A stretch of 46,330 nucleotides of DNA from Candidatus Hermodarchaeota archaeon (lineage in GTDB: Archaea > Asgardarchaeota > Hermodarchaeia > Hermodarchaeales > Hermodarchaeaceae): contig JAEOTO010000019.1 in assembly GCA_016839805.1 (NCBI GenBank), forward strand, positions 1 to 46,330, in the 5' to 3' direction. Below, one piece after another: positions 45,846 to 46,330 of the stretch. A model generated the notes under the pieces. It did not search any database. It saw only the letters and a list, made by a program, of their open reading frames with translations, and was not told the origin of the DNA. The first letter of the stretch is position 1. The number at the start of each line of letters is the position of its first letter. The position numbers and the translations under genes were made by a program.

Positions 45846-46330
45846 ATGAACCTATTCGATGATATTGACGAACTAATCAAACGCGAAATGCAACGATTTC
45901 GCCGAATGACCAAAGAAATGCCGTCACCAGATGACCCCAGGCAACCCCATATTGAAGAACGCGAAGGCGAACGCATAATGAGCTGGGGACCCTTCGTCTA
46001 CGGTCGAACCACTATCATTGATCCTGATGGACGCAGGCACACCCAAGAATGGGGAAACCTCACTCCTGAGGCTCAAGAGAAGATGAAAGAGCAAATGAAG
46101 AATCCAACCTTTAGGTTTATGTTTCCACCCCAACCCCAAGATCGTCGACCTTCTCCAATCCCTGATCCCTTAAATCCGGATCGACCATTTCCAGGTCCAC
46201 AACCCCAGTTCCAACTCAAGGAGAAGGAGTACCTTATTGACATAATGGACAACGAGGATGGCTATACTGCCATCTTTGACACCCCTGCCACAAGCACCGA
46301 CGATGTCAAGACCCGCGTGGATGGTCGTCA
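45846..46330 (+). CDS. hsp20: Archaeal small heat-shock protein Hsp20 (truncated by the window edge)
   Basis: Not in the ORF track. Manual translation gives MNLFDDIDELIKREM...GPFVYG...DPDG....EWGN...YLIDIMDNEDGYTAIFDTP; GGAGG upstream; no stop before the edge. Confidence 0.85.
   Translation, partial: MNLFDDIDELIKREMQRFRRMTKEMPSPDDPRQPHIEEREGERIMSWGPFVYGRTTIIDPDGRRHTQEWGNLTPEAQEKMKEQMKNPTFRFMFPPQPQDRRPSPIPDPLNPDRPFPGPQPQFQLKEKEYLIDIMDNEDGYTAIFDTPATSTDDVKTRVDGR

Noticed and set aside
56-46139. Numerous 60-145 aa ORFs antisense or out of frame within recognised genes (e.g. 234-665, 13905-14330, 31715-32107, 34214-34651, 45924-46139)
   Set aside because: They lie inside well-supported CDSs and show no recognisable motifs; treated as shadow ORFs.
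1-46330. CRISPR arrays, rRNA, transposases, inteins, Sec or Pyl read-through
   Set aside because: No repeat-spacer periodicity, no split conserved genes with in-frame TGA/TAG and no oversized enzymes with intein motifs were seen by eye; a computational scan would be needed to exclude them fully.

Overview
Chromosomal segment of an archaeon, most likely an Asgard archaeon. The evidence is a roadblock/LC7 protein, a Rab-like small GTPase with a DFGG-type G3 motif, an IPGF-TM-RRRRR sorting signal and H4MPT genes; the lineage cannot be fixed from this window. Left to right it holds: DUF72, mer, DUF3786 and roadblock genes; a near-complete de novo pyrimidine cluster (dCMP deaminase, pyrG, pyrD-pyrC-pyrK, pyrB-pyrI and a fused pyrF-pyrE) interrupted by a PadR/HAAS membrane-signalling pair, a GNAT and an archaeosortase/exosortase-family gene; an uncharacterised three-gene operon (CxxC/His domain-wHTH protein, MinD/ParA ATPase, 830-aa helical repeat protein); a methanopterin/C1-cofactor biosynthesis cluster (ATP-grasp, DUF1464, mptG, DUF447, mptA, mptE, DHPS-like); a large PGF-CTERM-type surface protein with tandem GIFT/DUF4350-like domains; a lipid-linked glycosylation module (two tandem GT-C-like proteins, DUF362, flippase-like protein, nucleotidyltransferase, GT2); a Rab-like GTPase; an FtsX-type ABC transporter; an AcuC/HDAC; and a Phr-like heat-shock repressor divergent from a truncated hsp20. 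No CRISPR array, tRNA, rRNA or mobile element was seen. The best candidates for undescribed systems are the wHTH-ParA-TPR operon and the sortase/PGF-substrate/GT-C glycolipid module. Several long 5' leaders also fold into extended structures. All family assignments are from motif recognition by eye, not database searches.
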